Origin: a virus | Virus record (IMG/VR): IMGVR_UViG_3300012922_000004 | Span: 1-39,769 of that record | Reading direction: 5' to 3' (one strand) | Length of the DNA stretch: 39,769 nt | In this document: one piece after another, positions 24,818 to 32,443 of the stretch | Position numbering within the stretch: the first letter of the stretch is position 1 | Layout: every line of letters begins with the position of its first letter | The notes under the pieces: generated by a model | The model's database searches: none | Told to the model about the DNA's origin: nothing | What the model saw: only the letters and a program-made list of their open reading frames with translations | Program-made: the position numbers and the translations under genes

Positions 24818-25207
24818 ATGTGGGTCTATTCGGTCAAGCCGGAGAAGTTCTATCACGCGGTGGGCGGCGTGGAACGGTTGCTTCCGGAAACCCCGTACTC
24901 TGGATTTGGGGAAGCGAAGAACGATCCGAGCAAGCAGCAGCTAGCTGGCCTCGGGCCTATTCCGCAGGGGGTCTACTGGATCGGGGCAGAGCGCGAGGAC
25001 TCGGATTGTGGGCCGGTGGTGCTACCCCTGACTCCGCTGCGCGGAACAGAGACGTTCCAGCGTGGCTCGTTCGAGATCCATGGCGACTCGAAAGAGCACC
25101 CAGGCTCCGCCTCGCATGGCTGCATCATCCTCCCGCGCAAGCTGCGAGAGCAGATCGCGGACGGACACGACAAGCTGCTGGTAGTACTGGCCGGGATCCA
25201 GACCTAG
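24818..25207 (+). CDS. Tlde1/DUF2778-type L,D-transpeptidase-fold peptidase (endolysin candidate)
   Basis: YSGFGEAKNDPSKQQLAGLGPIPQGVYWIG and SFEIHGDSKEHPGSASHGCIILP (H-x13-S-H-G-C). GGAGGG SD. Confidence 0.75.
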   Translation: MWVYSVKPEKFYHAVGGVERLLPETPYSGFGEAKNDPSKQQLAGLGPIPQGVYWIGAEREDSDCGPVVLPLTPLRGTETFQRGSFEIHGDSKEHPGSASHGCIILPRKLREQIADGHDKLLVVLAGIQT

Positions 25208-25269
25208 ATGGCGCCTATGGGTCCAGTGGGCGTCTCCGCGCTGCCTGCAAGTATAACACGGGGTGTCGC

Positions 25270-26055
25270 TTGAATGGGCCGGCGATCGTTACGCTCGATA
25301 TCGAGACAGCGCCGCTTCAGTCCTACCACTGGGGACTTTGGGACCAGAACATCGGGCTGGATCAGATCGCGATCGAGTGGAGCATTCTTAGCTTCTCCGC
25401 AAAGTGGCTTGGCGAGCTCGGGGTCATCTACCGAGACACGGGAGGGCGTGGCAGGGCTAACGTCCGCAAGGATAGATGCCTTCTGGTTGACCTTTGGAAC
25501 ATCCTCGACAAGGCGGACATTGTGATCGCGCAGAACGGGCAAGCCTTCGATGTGAAGAAAATCAATGCCCGGATGTTGATGCACGGGATGAAGCCGTACT
25601 CACCGATCAAGATTGTAGATACGATGCTCGTTAGTCGCAGACACTTCGACTTTACGAGCAACAAACTACAATGGCTTTCCGAGCACCTGACGGAGATCAA
25701 GAAGTCTCCTCACAAGAAGTTCCCGGGCTTCGAACTCTGGGCAGAGTGCCTGAAAGACAATCCGGCCGCGTGGGCGGAGATGAAGCACTACAACTGCCAG
25801 GATACGCTGGCCACCGAACAGCTCTACCTGAAGCTGCGTCCCTGGATGGTTGGGCACCCCAATATAGCCGTCTACTCCTCGAGCGAGGATCCGCAGTGCC
25901 CGAAGTGCGGGAGCCACGAGATGCAGCGCCGCGGGAGTGCGTTTACTCAGTCTGGCGAATACCACCGCTTCCGGTGCAACAAATGCGGTGGGTGGGCGCG
26001 GTCTAGATACACCACGAACACGCTGGAGAAACGCCATGCGCTGCTGTCCAACTAG
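25270..26055 (+). CDS. DnaQ/PolB-exo-like 3'-5' exonuclease with C-terminal zinc ribbon
   Basis: ExoI LDIETAP, ExoII QNGQAFDVKKIN, ExoIII HYNCQDTLATEQLY, and CPKCG...CNKCG. The only in-frame start near the domain is TTG 25270. Confidence 0.7.
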   Translation: MNGPAIVTLDIETAPLQSYHWGLWDQNIGLDQIAIEWSILSFSAKWLGELGVIYRDTGGRGRANVRKDRCLLVDLWNILDKADIVIAQNGQAFDVKKINARMLMHGMKPYSPIKIVDTMLVSRRHFDFTSNKLQWLSEHLTEIKKSPHKKFPGFELWAECLKDNPAAWAEMKHYNCQDTLATEQLYLKLRPWMVGHPNIAVYSSSEDPQCPKCGSHEMQRRGSAFTQSGEYHRFRCNKCGGWARSRYTTNTLEKRHALLSN

Positions 26056-26126
26056 ATGGCCTGCTCAATATGGTGCGCGTGCGCACTCATGGGCGATCGC
26101 GGCCTGCGCGAATGCGAGGATCCGAT

Positions 26127-26387
26127 ATGCCTAGAAGCAAGATGGCGGGTCGCCCCTGTCAACGCTGTTCGGAGAAAGATGCGCAGCTCGCGACGCGGGC
26201 GGCGGAGAATCTGACCCTGCGTATGCAATGCGAAGCGCAGGAAAACATTCTCTCTTACTACAACGGATCGTGTGAGGAGATGGGGAAGCTGATCGACGAT
26301 ATGTCTGGAGGCTTGGTGGCTCGTTTGAAGCGCATCTTGGCCCGCCACGGGGTTGTGTTCGCACCAGAGAGGCGGCCGCTCCAATGA
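26127..26387 (+). CDS. Hypothetical soluble Cys-containing protein (86 aa)
   Basis: GAGGA 6 nt upstream of ATG 26127. Sequence MPRSKMAGRPCQRCSEKDAQL... Confidence 0.5.
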   Translation: MPRSKMAGRPCQRCSEKDAQLATRAAENLTLRMQCEAQENILSYYNGSCEEMGKLIDDMSGGLVARLKRILARHGVVFAPERRPLQ

Positions 26388-26629
26388 TTCCTCTTCTGCG
26401 GAAGCTCCTTCACGGCTTTTTCTTTGATGAGCGCGCGGCACGAAGGTGGATCCGTGGCGGGCTGATGGCATTCGCTGCGAGCGGTGTGGCCTTCGCCGAT
26501 CAGTTGGGCTCCGCCCTCGGTTCGCCAACAGCCACGAAGTGGGTCCGGGTCACGGCCATCATCGCTGGATTCGCGGCCGGCGCAATCCAGAGCTCTGCCG
26601 CCAAGCCTCGGCTCAAGGTGGTCCCATGA
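26384..26629 (+). CDS. Two-TM membrane protein (class II holin-like)
   Basis: ATGA overlap. Hydrophobic segments GGLMAFAASGVAFA and WVRVTAIIAGFAAGAI. Basic C-terminus. Confidence 0.5.
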   Translation: MIPLLRKLLHGFFFDERAARRWIRGGLMAFAASGVAFADQLGSALGSPTATKWVRVTAIIAGFAAGAIQSSAAKPRLKVVP

Positions 26630-26841
26630 GATGGCTAGTAATGGTTGGTTTACTAAGTCCTGGCGTTAGTCAAGGATCGGCTGAGCCGGGCCTGGTGATC
26701 GTCTGCGCTAGTGGCGGCGTGCTTCCAATGGGGCGCGGAGCGGTGGCGATCGGTGGAACCTGCGTGCTGCACGACGGGGCTGGGCGGGCGACCACCGTGG
26801 AGTCTTTGGGCGCGTACGACCAAACGCTGGCGGTCCCATGA
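26626..26841 (+). CDS. Small protein with signal-like N-terminus
   Basis: ATGA overlap. Sequence MRWLVMVGLLSPGVSQG... 71 aa. Confidence 0.4.
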   Translation: MRWLVMVGLLSPGVSQGSAEPGLVIVCASGGVLPMGRGAVAIGGTCVLHDGAGRATTVESLGAYDQTLAVP

Positions 26842-26930
26842 CCCTCTTCCTTCTCGGCTTCCTATCCTGTTTTGCGCTGGGCACAGGGGCGCTGTTTCTA
26901 GCCGCGTGGAAACTTGGCGTGTGGCGATGA
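26838..26930 (+). CDS. 30-aa single-TM microprotein
   Basis: Hand-translated: MTLFLLGFLSCFALGTGALFLAAWKLGVWR. ATGA overlaps at both ends. Confidence 0.3.
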   Translation: MTLFLLGFLSCFALGTGALFLAAWKLGVWR

Positions 26931-27361
26931 AGCGCCTCGCGCTTTGCGCCCTGTGCGCCGCATGCTCCATGAGCAAAAGCTCAGAATCCCAATCCTCCTA
27001 CGCGCAGAAGGTGGATACGGTGACGGAGCGGGGGGCGGTGAAGGTAACGACTACCGTGGAGGACTTTGGGCCGGCGAGTTCAGGGGCTACACCGGGTCAA
27101 GCCGTAGGGCTGTCCGGCCCGCCGCGCCCAATTCGCCGCATCACCCGCGTCACCGAGCGCGATCCGGTGGTCACGCACACGGATTCAGCGGTAGCCGCGT
27201 CGGGAGAGGCTCATGCAGCCTCGGCTAGCCGCTTCGGGATTCCGTGGTGGTTGTGGCTGGCCGGCGCGGCAGCGCTCGTGGTGGCCATCCTCGCCCTCAA
27301 GCCCCCCTGGCTACCCCCCGCCCTCACCATCCTGCAACGCATCTTCCGGAGGAGCAATTGA
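26927..27361 (+). CDS. Protein with signal/lipoprotein-like N-terminus and C-terminal TM anchor (u-spanin-like topology)
   Basis: MKRLALCALCAACS (imperfect lipobox) and a C-terminal IPWWLWLAGAAALVVAILAL. 144 aa. Confidence 0.45.
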   Translation: MKRLALCALCAACSMSKSSESQSSYAQKVDTVTERGAVKVTTTVEDFGPASSGATPGQAVGLSGPPRPIRRITRVTERDPVVTHTDSAVAASGEAHAASASRFGIPWWLWLAGAAALVVAILALKPPWLPPALTILQRIFRRSN

Positions 27362-29397
27362 AGCGCTTGCTTGCCTTGCTCGCTGTCGCGATCACCGTCC
27401 CGTTCCAGATGACGTTCAGGGCTGATGGGACCGGCGCAGTCTCCCGGAAGATCGGGAGCAAGCTGGGGGATGTGGTGAGCGTGAAGGATTTCGGGGCAGA
27501 CCCAGCGGCGTCAGCTGCGACCAACACGACTGCTATCAACGCGGCCCTGACCTACGTCGGCGGCCTAACTCAGGGTGGGACGGTCACCATTCCGGCTGGT
27601 GCCTATTCTGTCACGCCCACGATCGTGATCAACAAGTCCAATGTTTACTTGAGTGGGGCTGGGAGAGGCAATACCGTCCTGACCGGGAACGCCGCCAGTG
27701 GTGGAAGTGCGGGGGTTATCTCGATCACGGCAGCCGGGGCGTTATCGAACGTCGGGATTGCCGACCTCGGAATCACATGCACCGGCACGATCCTTACGAC
27801 CTACGCCAGCGGGAGCGGCACCTACAACAATTACGGGATCTATACAGGTGTCGATCTGACGGCCCTGGAGATTTCTGGACTCGCCGTGACCTCCTGTGGT
27901 GCGGGGATCGGAACGACCTACCCGACACCACCGAATACTCTGCTGCACGGGAGTAGCATCCATGACAATTTCTTCTACGGGCTCAGCCCATCCGTCCTTA
28001 GTACGCACATCGCGATTCAGATTATCAGCGATACCACGCTGATCGATCGCAACTGGGCGAGCGGCTTCACGGTCGCCTACAATTCTCCGCCATGGAGCAA
28101 CCGGAACCGTTGGACGAACAACACCGGGATCATGCCGGCGAACGGCAACGATGTCTGTATCTACCTCTCGGGGGCGATCCAGAGCACTGTGGCCCATAAC
28201 CACTGCATCATGACGTTGCCGATCAGTTCTACTGGCGACGGCTGTATCAAGATGGGTGCCTATAACGACCCGCACGTATCGGATAAATGGCGGGTCGATG
28301 ACAATTACTGCGAGAATGGCGGGATCAAGTTCTCCCGTTGCGCAGAGGGGTCGGTAGTTGACAACACGGTTAACGGTAGCAATAGCGCTGGCATTTTCTT
28401 CGATAACACCGCTTTCCCGGTCTGGAACATCCAGAGTATTACGGCCAGTTCTCCGATTGTCGGACAGGCGACGGTAGTCGTGGACTCTGCTACCTCTGCG
28501 TTGGCCGCCCCTGTCAATATCACCATAGCCGGCACCGGGACGGGTCACGATGGGTCGCATGCGCTGGTGGCGACCGGCACCAACTCTCTGATCATCACAG
28601 ATGCCACGGCTGGCAACGTTGGGGTTGTCGGGACGGCTACCCCGTTCGACATTGCCGGTATCTCTGAGTCCGTCACCGTCTGCCGGGACATGAAGCTCGA
28701 CGCCAACACAATCGTGGATGCTGGCCGATCGGGGGCATCAACCGGAGAGGGCATCAAGTCACTACGCACGGACCGGTGGGGGCTTAGTAATAACATTATC
28801 AAGCATCCCAACAGTGCTGGCATTGACCTACGGAACGGGACCGATGTGGCGATCAGCGGGGGGTCTATCTCCGACACTACGAATCAGGCGGTGTATCTTG
28901 ACGCGATCGTGGGCGGTGCCATTACTGGCGGCGCATACGTCCAGACCGGGACCTTCGGATCCACTCCGGCTATCCGTATTGGCAACAGCAGTAGCTATGT
29001 GAGCATAGTCGGCGTGCGAACCAATAACTACGCACGCGGGGCACAGGTGGATACCGGTACTAACGATCACATCCTCATCACTGGAAACAACTTTGTAGGA
29101 TGCGGAGGCGGCAACTGTACGAACGGGATCAACATCGACGGATCGTGTACCTTCTGCAATGCCGGCCTGAACGCTATTACCAACTTCACGAACATTCCAG
29201 GCTCGCTCGGTGGAACGTCCAGCGTTCCGGCATCGGTGGCGCTCGTAGCTGGCGCCGGGTCGGTTCAGGTGCCGGCCGGCTGCAATCCGTGGTGCACGGA
29301 CTCGACAGCAGCGGCAGCAGTGAAATGCTCCGTGAGCAGCACCACGCTGACGATCGCCGGCACGGGTACGGACACGATCAAATACGGCTGCAACTGA
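27358..29397 (+). CDS. Pectate-lyase-fold right-handed beta-helix protein (tailspike or depolymerase) with signal-like N-terminus
   Basis: VSVKDFGADPAASAATNTTAINAAL..GGTVTIPAGAYSV is the Pectate_lyase_3 pattern. Long N/G/T/I-rich repeats. TTG 27358 has GGAGGA 4 nt upstream. ATG 27409 has no SD. Confidence 0.7.
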   Translation: MKRLLALLAVAITVPFQMTFRADGTGAVSRKIGSKLGDVVSVKDFGADPAASAATNTTAINAALTYVGGLTQGGTVTIPAGAYSVTPTIVINKSNVYLSGAGRGNTVLTGNAASGGSAGVISITAAGALSNVGIADLGITCTGTILTTYASGSGTYNNYGIYTGVDLTALEISGLAVTSCGAGIGTTYPTPPNTLLHGSSIHDNFFYGLSPSVLSTHIAIQIISDTTLIDRNWASGFTVAYNSPPWSNRNRWTNNTGIMPANGNDVCIYLSGAIQSTVAHNHCIMTLPISSTGDGCIKMGAYNDPHVSDKWRVDDNYCENGGIKFSRCAEGSVVDNTVNGSNSAGIFFDNTAFPVWNIQSITASSPIVGQATVVVDSATSALAAPVNITIAGTGTGHDGSHALVATGTNSLIITDATAGNVGVVGTATPFDIAGISESVTVCRDMKLDANTIVDAGRSGASTGEGIKSLRTDRWGLSNNIIKHPNSAGIDLRNGTDVAISGGSISDTTNQAVYLDAIVGGAITGGAYVQTGTFGSTPAIRIGNSSSYVSIVGVRTNNYARGAQVDTGTNDHILITGNNFVGCGGGNCTNGINIDGSCTFCNAGLNAITNFTNIPGSLGGTSSVPASVALVAGAGSVQVPAGCNPWCTDSTAAAAVKCSVSSTTLTIAGTGTDTIKYGCN

Positions 29398-29416
29398 TTC
29401 CCAACCAGGCGGGCCG

Positions 29417-29450
29417 CGCCCCATGGGGCGGGGGTTAGGGCCTGCGGCCC
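29417..29450. terminator. GC-rich hairpins between convergent operons (candidate bidirectional terminator)
   Basis: Perfect palindrome CGCCCCATGGGGCG at 29417-29430 and GGGCC-tgc-GGCCC at 29438-29450. No clear U-tract. Confidence 0.4.
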
Positions 29451-29460
29451 GGCCAGGGGG

Positions 29461-29664
29461 CTAGGACTCAGCCTTCCGGATAGCCTCGCGGGCCTTATCG
29501 CTGTGGCTTTCGCAGTCGCAGCCGTCGGCCACCTCGCGAGCGAACCCCAGCAGCATCTCTCGTTCTTGTAGAAGGCGCGCGACTGTTTCGAGGGGAATGT
29601 CGGGACCGATCTCTAGTTGGTGTTCGACGCAACGGCGCAGCCCCTCTATCTCGCTGAGCTTCAT
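29461..29664 (-). CDS. Hypothetical 67-aa protein downstream of int
   Basis: ATGA overlap with the upstream gene. Sequence MKLSEIEGLRRCVEHQLEIGPDIPLETVARLLQEREML... Confidence 0.45.
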   Translation of the reverse strand: MKLSEIEGLRRCVEHQLEIGPDIPLETVARLLQEREMLLGFAREVADGCDCESHSDKAREAIRKAES

Positions 29665-29864
29665 TCCTGCGTCCCTTCGGGTGGCGATGGCTCGAACACC
29701 TCGGGGCGATACGACTCGATGAGTTCGCCACACCGGAAGCACCCAATCCTGTAGGCCACGATCAGCCCGATGTTGTTTCTTGCGGTTGACGAGTACCACG
29801 GGTCGTGACCGACCACCCGGCAGATGAACCGGTGCCATCGCCTCCAACCATGTCGCCTAACCAT
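29661..29864 (-). CDS. Hypothetical Cys/His protein (67 aa)
   Basis: MVRRHGWRRWHRFICRVVGHDPW...CFRCGE. A TTG 29894 start is also possible. Confidence 0.45.
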   Translation of the reverse strand: MVRRHGWRRWHRFICRVVGHDPWYSSTARNNIGLIVAYRIGCFRCGELIESYRPEVFEPSPPEGTQE

Positions 29865-30011
29865 CACAGCCACGCTCCCCGCCCGCTCCCCCAACAGGGA
29901 GGCTTTCGGTGTACGCCTGTGCAGTCATGTGCACCGCCTCGCAGAGTGAAAAGCGCAGTTCGCTCTACCGTGTAGCATAGCGGCTTCCTCTGTCGTGCAC
30001 AGCAATGAAAA

Positions 30012-31094
30012 TCACTCGCCCTTCGCCTTCCGCTCCCCGCCCGCTCCCTGCTCCAACAAGGCGATCGCGGCTTCTTTGCTCCCCTTGGACAGGTGCATGT
30101 AGCGCATCGTCGTGGTCAGGTTGGCGTGCCCGGCGAGCTCCTGGATCACCCTGGCCGGCGCTCCGCGCATCGCCAGGTGCGAGCAGAAGGTGTGTCGCAG
30201 CTTGTGCAGGTTCTTCGAGGGTGGAAGCCCAGCCTTCTTGGTCGCTCTGAACAGCCAGCTTCTCAGGGTGTGGACCCCGACCGGCTCCCCGTCATCCTGC
30301 CAGAGCAGGCGTGGCCCGCGCAGATGGCGGACGGCGGCGATCGCTTCCGCGAGGCGTGCGGTCAACGGGATGGTGCGGCCCTTGCCGCTCTTGGTGGTCC
30401 CCGTGTGGCCCTCCCACTCGTTCCGCACGACCCGCACTGATACTCGACTGACATCAGACCACTGGAGCGCAACAAGCTCGCCGCGACGGAGTCCAGCATC
30501 TCCACCGAGCAGCAGGGCACAGAGTACCATCGGCCCCGTGCGGCGCGCGCCCTCGATGAGCGCCTCCCATTCCTCGAAGTCATAGAACTCCATCTCCGGA
30601 AGCCGGACTTTGGGTTGATCGATCCGCGGTGCCTTGACGATCTCTTCCCAGCGCTCTGCGGTGCGCAGGATAGTCGCGAGCAGGGCGAGAATGCAGGCCC
30701 GCGTCTTGTCGGCGTTGCCGGCCAGGTGCAGCTTGAGCTTCTGGATCTCTGGCTCTCCGATCTCGTTCAGCCGTAGCCCTCCGAGCACCGGGTAGAGGTG
30801 CTTCCGGAGGCGCATCTCGTTCGCCTCGATGGTGGAGGGCTTGTGGCCGTTGGCGATCGTGTACTCCTTGATCCACCGGGACCCGAACTCGCGCAGTGTT
30901 GGCGCCGGCACCTCTTCCTTGGTCTCCCCGTTGTGGGCCAGGTGGCGGGCCCTGGACTCCGCCCAGCGCTTTGCCCCGCTCTGGCTGGTGATCTCCATGG
31001 GAACGTTGGAGCGCTTGCGTATGGGCCCCGCAGGGCCCTTCACGCGAATGTCTGCGACCAGCTTCCCGTTCCGGGTCTCGATTCGCACCGTCAT
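30012..31094 (-). CDS. int: Tyrosine recombinase (phage integrase)
   Basis: RRGELVALQW, HKLRHTFCSHLAMRGA, LAGHANLTTTMRYMHL (R..H-x-x-R..H..Y). 360 aa. Confidence 0.95.
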   Translation of the reverse strand: MTVRIETRNGKLVADIRVKGPAGPIRKRSNVPMEITSQSGAKRWAESRARHLAHNGETKEEVPAPTLREFGSRWIKEYTIANGHKPSTIEANEMRLRKHLYPVLGGLRLNEIGEPEIQKLKLHLAGNADKTRACILALLATILRTAERWEEIVKAPRIDQPKVRLPEMEFYDFEEWEALIEGARRTGPMVLCALLLGGDAGLRRGELVALQWSDVSRVSVRVVRNEWEGHTGTTKSGKGRTIPLTARLAEAIAAVRHLRGPRLLWQDDGEPVGVHTLRSWLFRATKKAGLPPSKNLHKLRHTFCSHLAMRGAPARVIQELAGHANLTTTMRYMHLSKGSKEAAIALLEQGAGGERKAKGE

Positions 31095-31306
31095 CGCCCC
31101 CGTAATAGATCAGCCTTGCGCCAGATCAAGCGCCGCCCCGGTAGCGGCCTCGGCATCTGCCCTCGCTGATGCCTGACGTAGACCGCCCGCGCGGTCGTAT
31201 GCAGCAGCGCCGCCGCCCCCTTGACATCCACGGTCTCGAGGGAAGTGCTGGCGCTCAGGGAAACCCCCAATGCCTCCGCCAGCGCATGCCGCACCGCCTC
31301 GCTCAC
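31091..31306 (-). CDS. xis: Excisionase / AlpA-type HTH
   Basis: VDVKGAAALLHTTARAVYVRHQRGQMPRPLPGRRLIWRKADLL. GTGA overlap upstream and ATGA overlap with int. Confidence 0.7.
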   Translation of the reverse strand: MSEAVRHALAEALGVSLSASTSLETVDVKGAAALLHTTARAVYVRHQRGQMPRPLPGRRLIWRKADLLRGR

Positions 31307-31575
31307 TCCGTCCGCTCCGTGGCGGGGCCTGCGGCCAGGAGGGCACGAAGGGGAGCGCCGGCTTCGTATCTGACACCACCCGCCGGTACGGCGATGGTCT
31401 TTCCTCCAGACCGCATGCGGATTCCGGCCGCATCCAGCGCCTTCGCCCACTCCCGATCTCGCTCCGCGATGGCGGCGCGGATGGCGTCTGCGATTAAGTC
31501 TCTATTTTGGGCGCGGGCCGACTTGCCGGGCCACAGTGCGGCAACGCAGACTTCCGCTCTTTCTTCCGACCTCAC
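31303..31575 (-). CDS. Hypothetical protein (GTG start)
   Basis: GTGA overlap, with GGAGGA just upstream. 90 aa. Confidence 0.4.
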   Translation of the reverse strand: MRSEERAEVCVAALWPGKSARAQNRDLIADAIRAAIAERDREWAKALDAAGIRMRSGGKTIAVPAGGVRYEAGAPLRALLAAGPATERTE

Positions 31576-31781
31576 GTGTCCTCCGTCTTTGGTACGGCGT
31601 GCAGCGGACCACGCCACGACACAAGACGCTTGTTGTAAATGGCGGTGTGATCGCCGCGGTGGTTCGGCGGCTTGGAGCAGAACGCCAGCCCGAACGGTCC
31701 GCGCCCCAGATCAACACGGAAACTCTCGTTGCATCGCTCGCACGCGCAGTTGTGCATGTGCGGAAAGTTAGGGCATCCCAT
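31572..31781 (-). CDS. Hypothetical Cys/His-rich protein
   Basis: GAGGA SD. Sequence MGCPNFPHMHNCACERCNESF... Confidence 0.4.
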   Translation of the reverse strand: MGCPNFPHMHNCACERCNESFRVDLGRGPFGLAFCSKPPNHRGDHTAIYNKRLVSWRGPLHAVPKTEDT

Positions 31782-31808
31782 TCAATCCTCATTCGGCCGC
31801 AGGCCGTG

Positions 31809-32006
31809 TCATTTACTTCCCCTCTGGATGGGGGTCGGTGGGGGCGGGGCCCAGACGTGGCGCACGCAGCGCGGGCACATCAAAGGCTGTAGCTTCTGAC
31901 GGCGCAGTTCGCGGGCGGATATACACGATGGAACCGGCCTGTCCTTGGTCCCGCAGCCTGGACACTTCCGCCGCCTCGGGTTGTAGTCTGGAGCAAGACG
32001 CTTCAC
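31809..32006 (-). CDS. Zinc-ribbon protein (GTG start)
   Basis: CPGCG...CPRC. GTGA overlap. Confidence 0.4.
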   Translation of the reverse strand: MKRLAPDYNPRRRKCPGCGTKDRPVPSCISARELRRQKLQPLMCPRCVRHVWAPPPPTPIQRGSK

Positions 32007-32443
32007 GTCCCCTCCTTCTCGGAAGCGGCTGCCGCGGGCATCCCATCGCTGGCGCTCGCGCTCCCTGCGGTCGCCAATTCAAAGTTGAGGGTGGCGATAC
32101 CTAATACCGCCCAATCGGGCAGGATCACATATGAGAATGAATCGATCTCCGGCGATGCGATACTTGCCACGCCAGCCCGCAGGCTAATCGGATCTTTCGG
32201 TTCCCCGACTCTGCCGCGCAGGACATACGTGATGAGCCTCCAGTCATCACGGCCGGTGAATCGCCCTTTAAGCGGGTCATACTCCATGAGCCTGATCGTA
32301 TCCCCGACCTGATAATTGCGGTCGTTACGGCGCAACTCAAATGGCTTCCGCCCGTCGCGCACGGCTTCGAAGTATTCAGGCCAGCACTTCACCTCATGCA
32401 GCGTAGCGGTGGGCGCCGCAGGCCCTCTGTCTTGTTTCTTCAC
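32003..32443 (-). CDS. DUF3850 (ASCH/PUA-like) domain protein
   Basis: LHEVKCWPEYFEAVRDGRKPFELRRNDRNYQVGDTIRLMEYD...FTGR...ITYVL. GTGA overlap start at 32443. Confidence 0.65.
   Translation of the reverse strand: MKKQDRGPAAPTATLHEVKCWPEYFEAVRDGRKPFELRRNDRNYQVGDTIRLMEYDPLKGRFTGRDDWRLITYVLRGRVGEPKDPISLRAGVASIASPEIDSFSYVILPDWAVLGIATLNFELATAGSASASDGMPAAAASEKEGT

Noticed and set aside
24820-25269. 5' 450 nt of the 411-aa ORF 24820-26055, which overlaps the lysin gene in another frame
   Set aside because: The translation here (GLFGQAGEVLSRGGRRGTV...RADRGRTRQAAGSTGRDPD) is junk-like. The exonuclease domain begins only at about 25273. I considered a frameshift or fusion with the lysin but found no slippery site.
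24417-27361. Assigning definitive holin, i-spanin, o-spanin and u-spanin roles
   Set aside because: Both a two-component-like pair (24417 and 24620) and a u-spanin-like protein (26927) are present. The i-spanin candidate is short at 68 aa. The 26927 lipobox (LCAA-C) is non-canonical. Topology alone cannot settle the roles, so only topological calls were made.
29950-30005. GGTAGAGCG-containing stretch (minus strand) that looked like a tRNA D-arm fragment, possibly marking an attP core
   Set aside because: I could not fold any anticodon or T-arm around it and there is no GTTCGAATC-type T-loop. It is probably coincidental.
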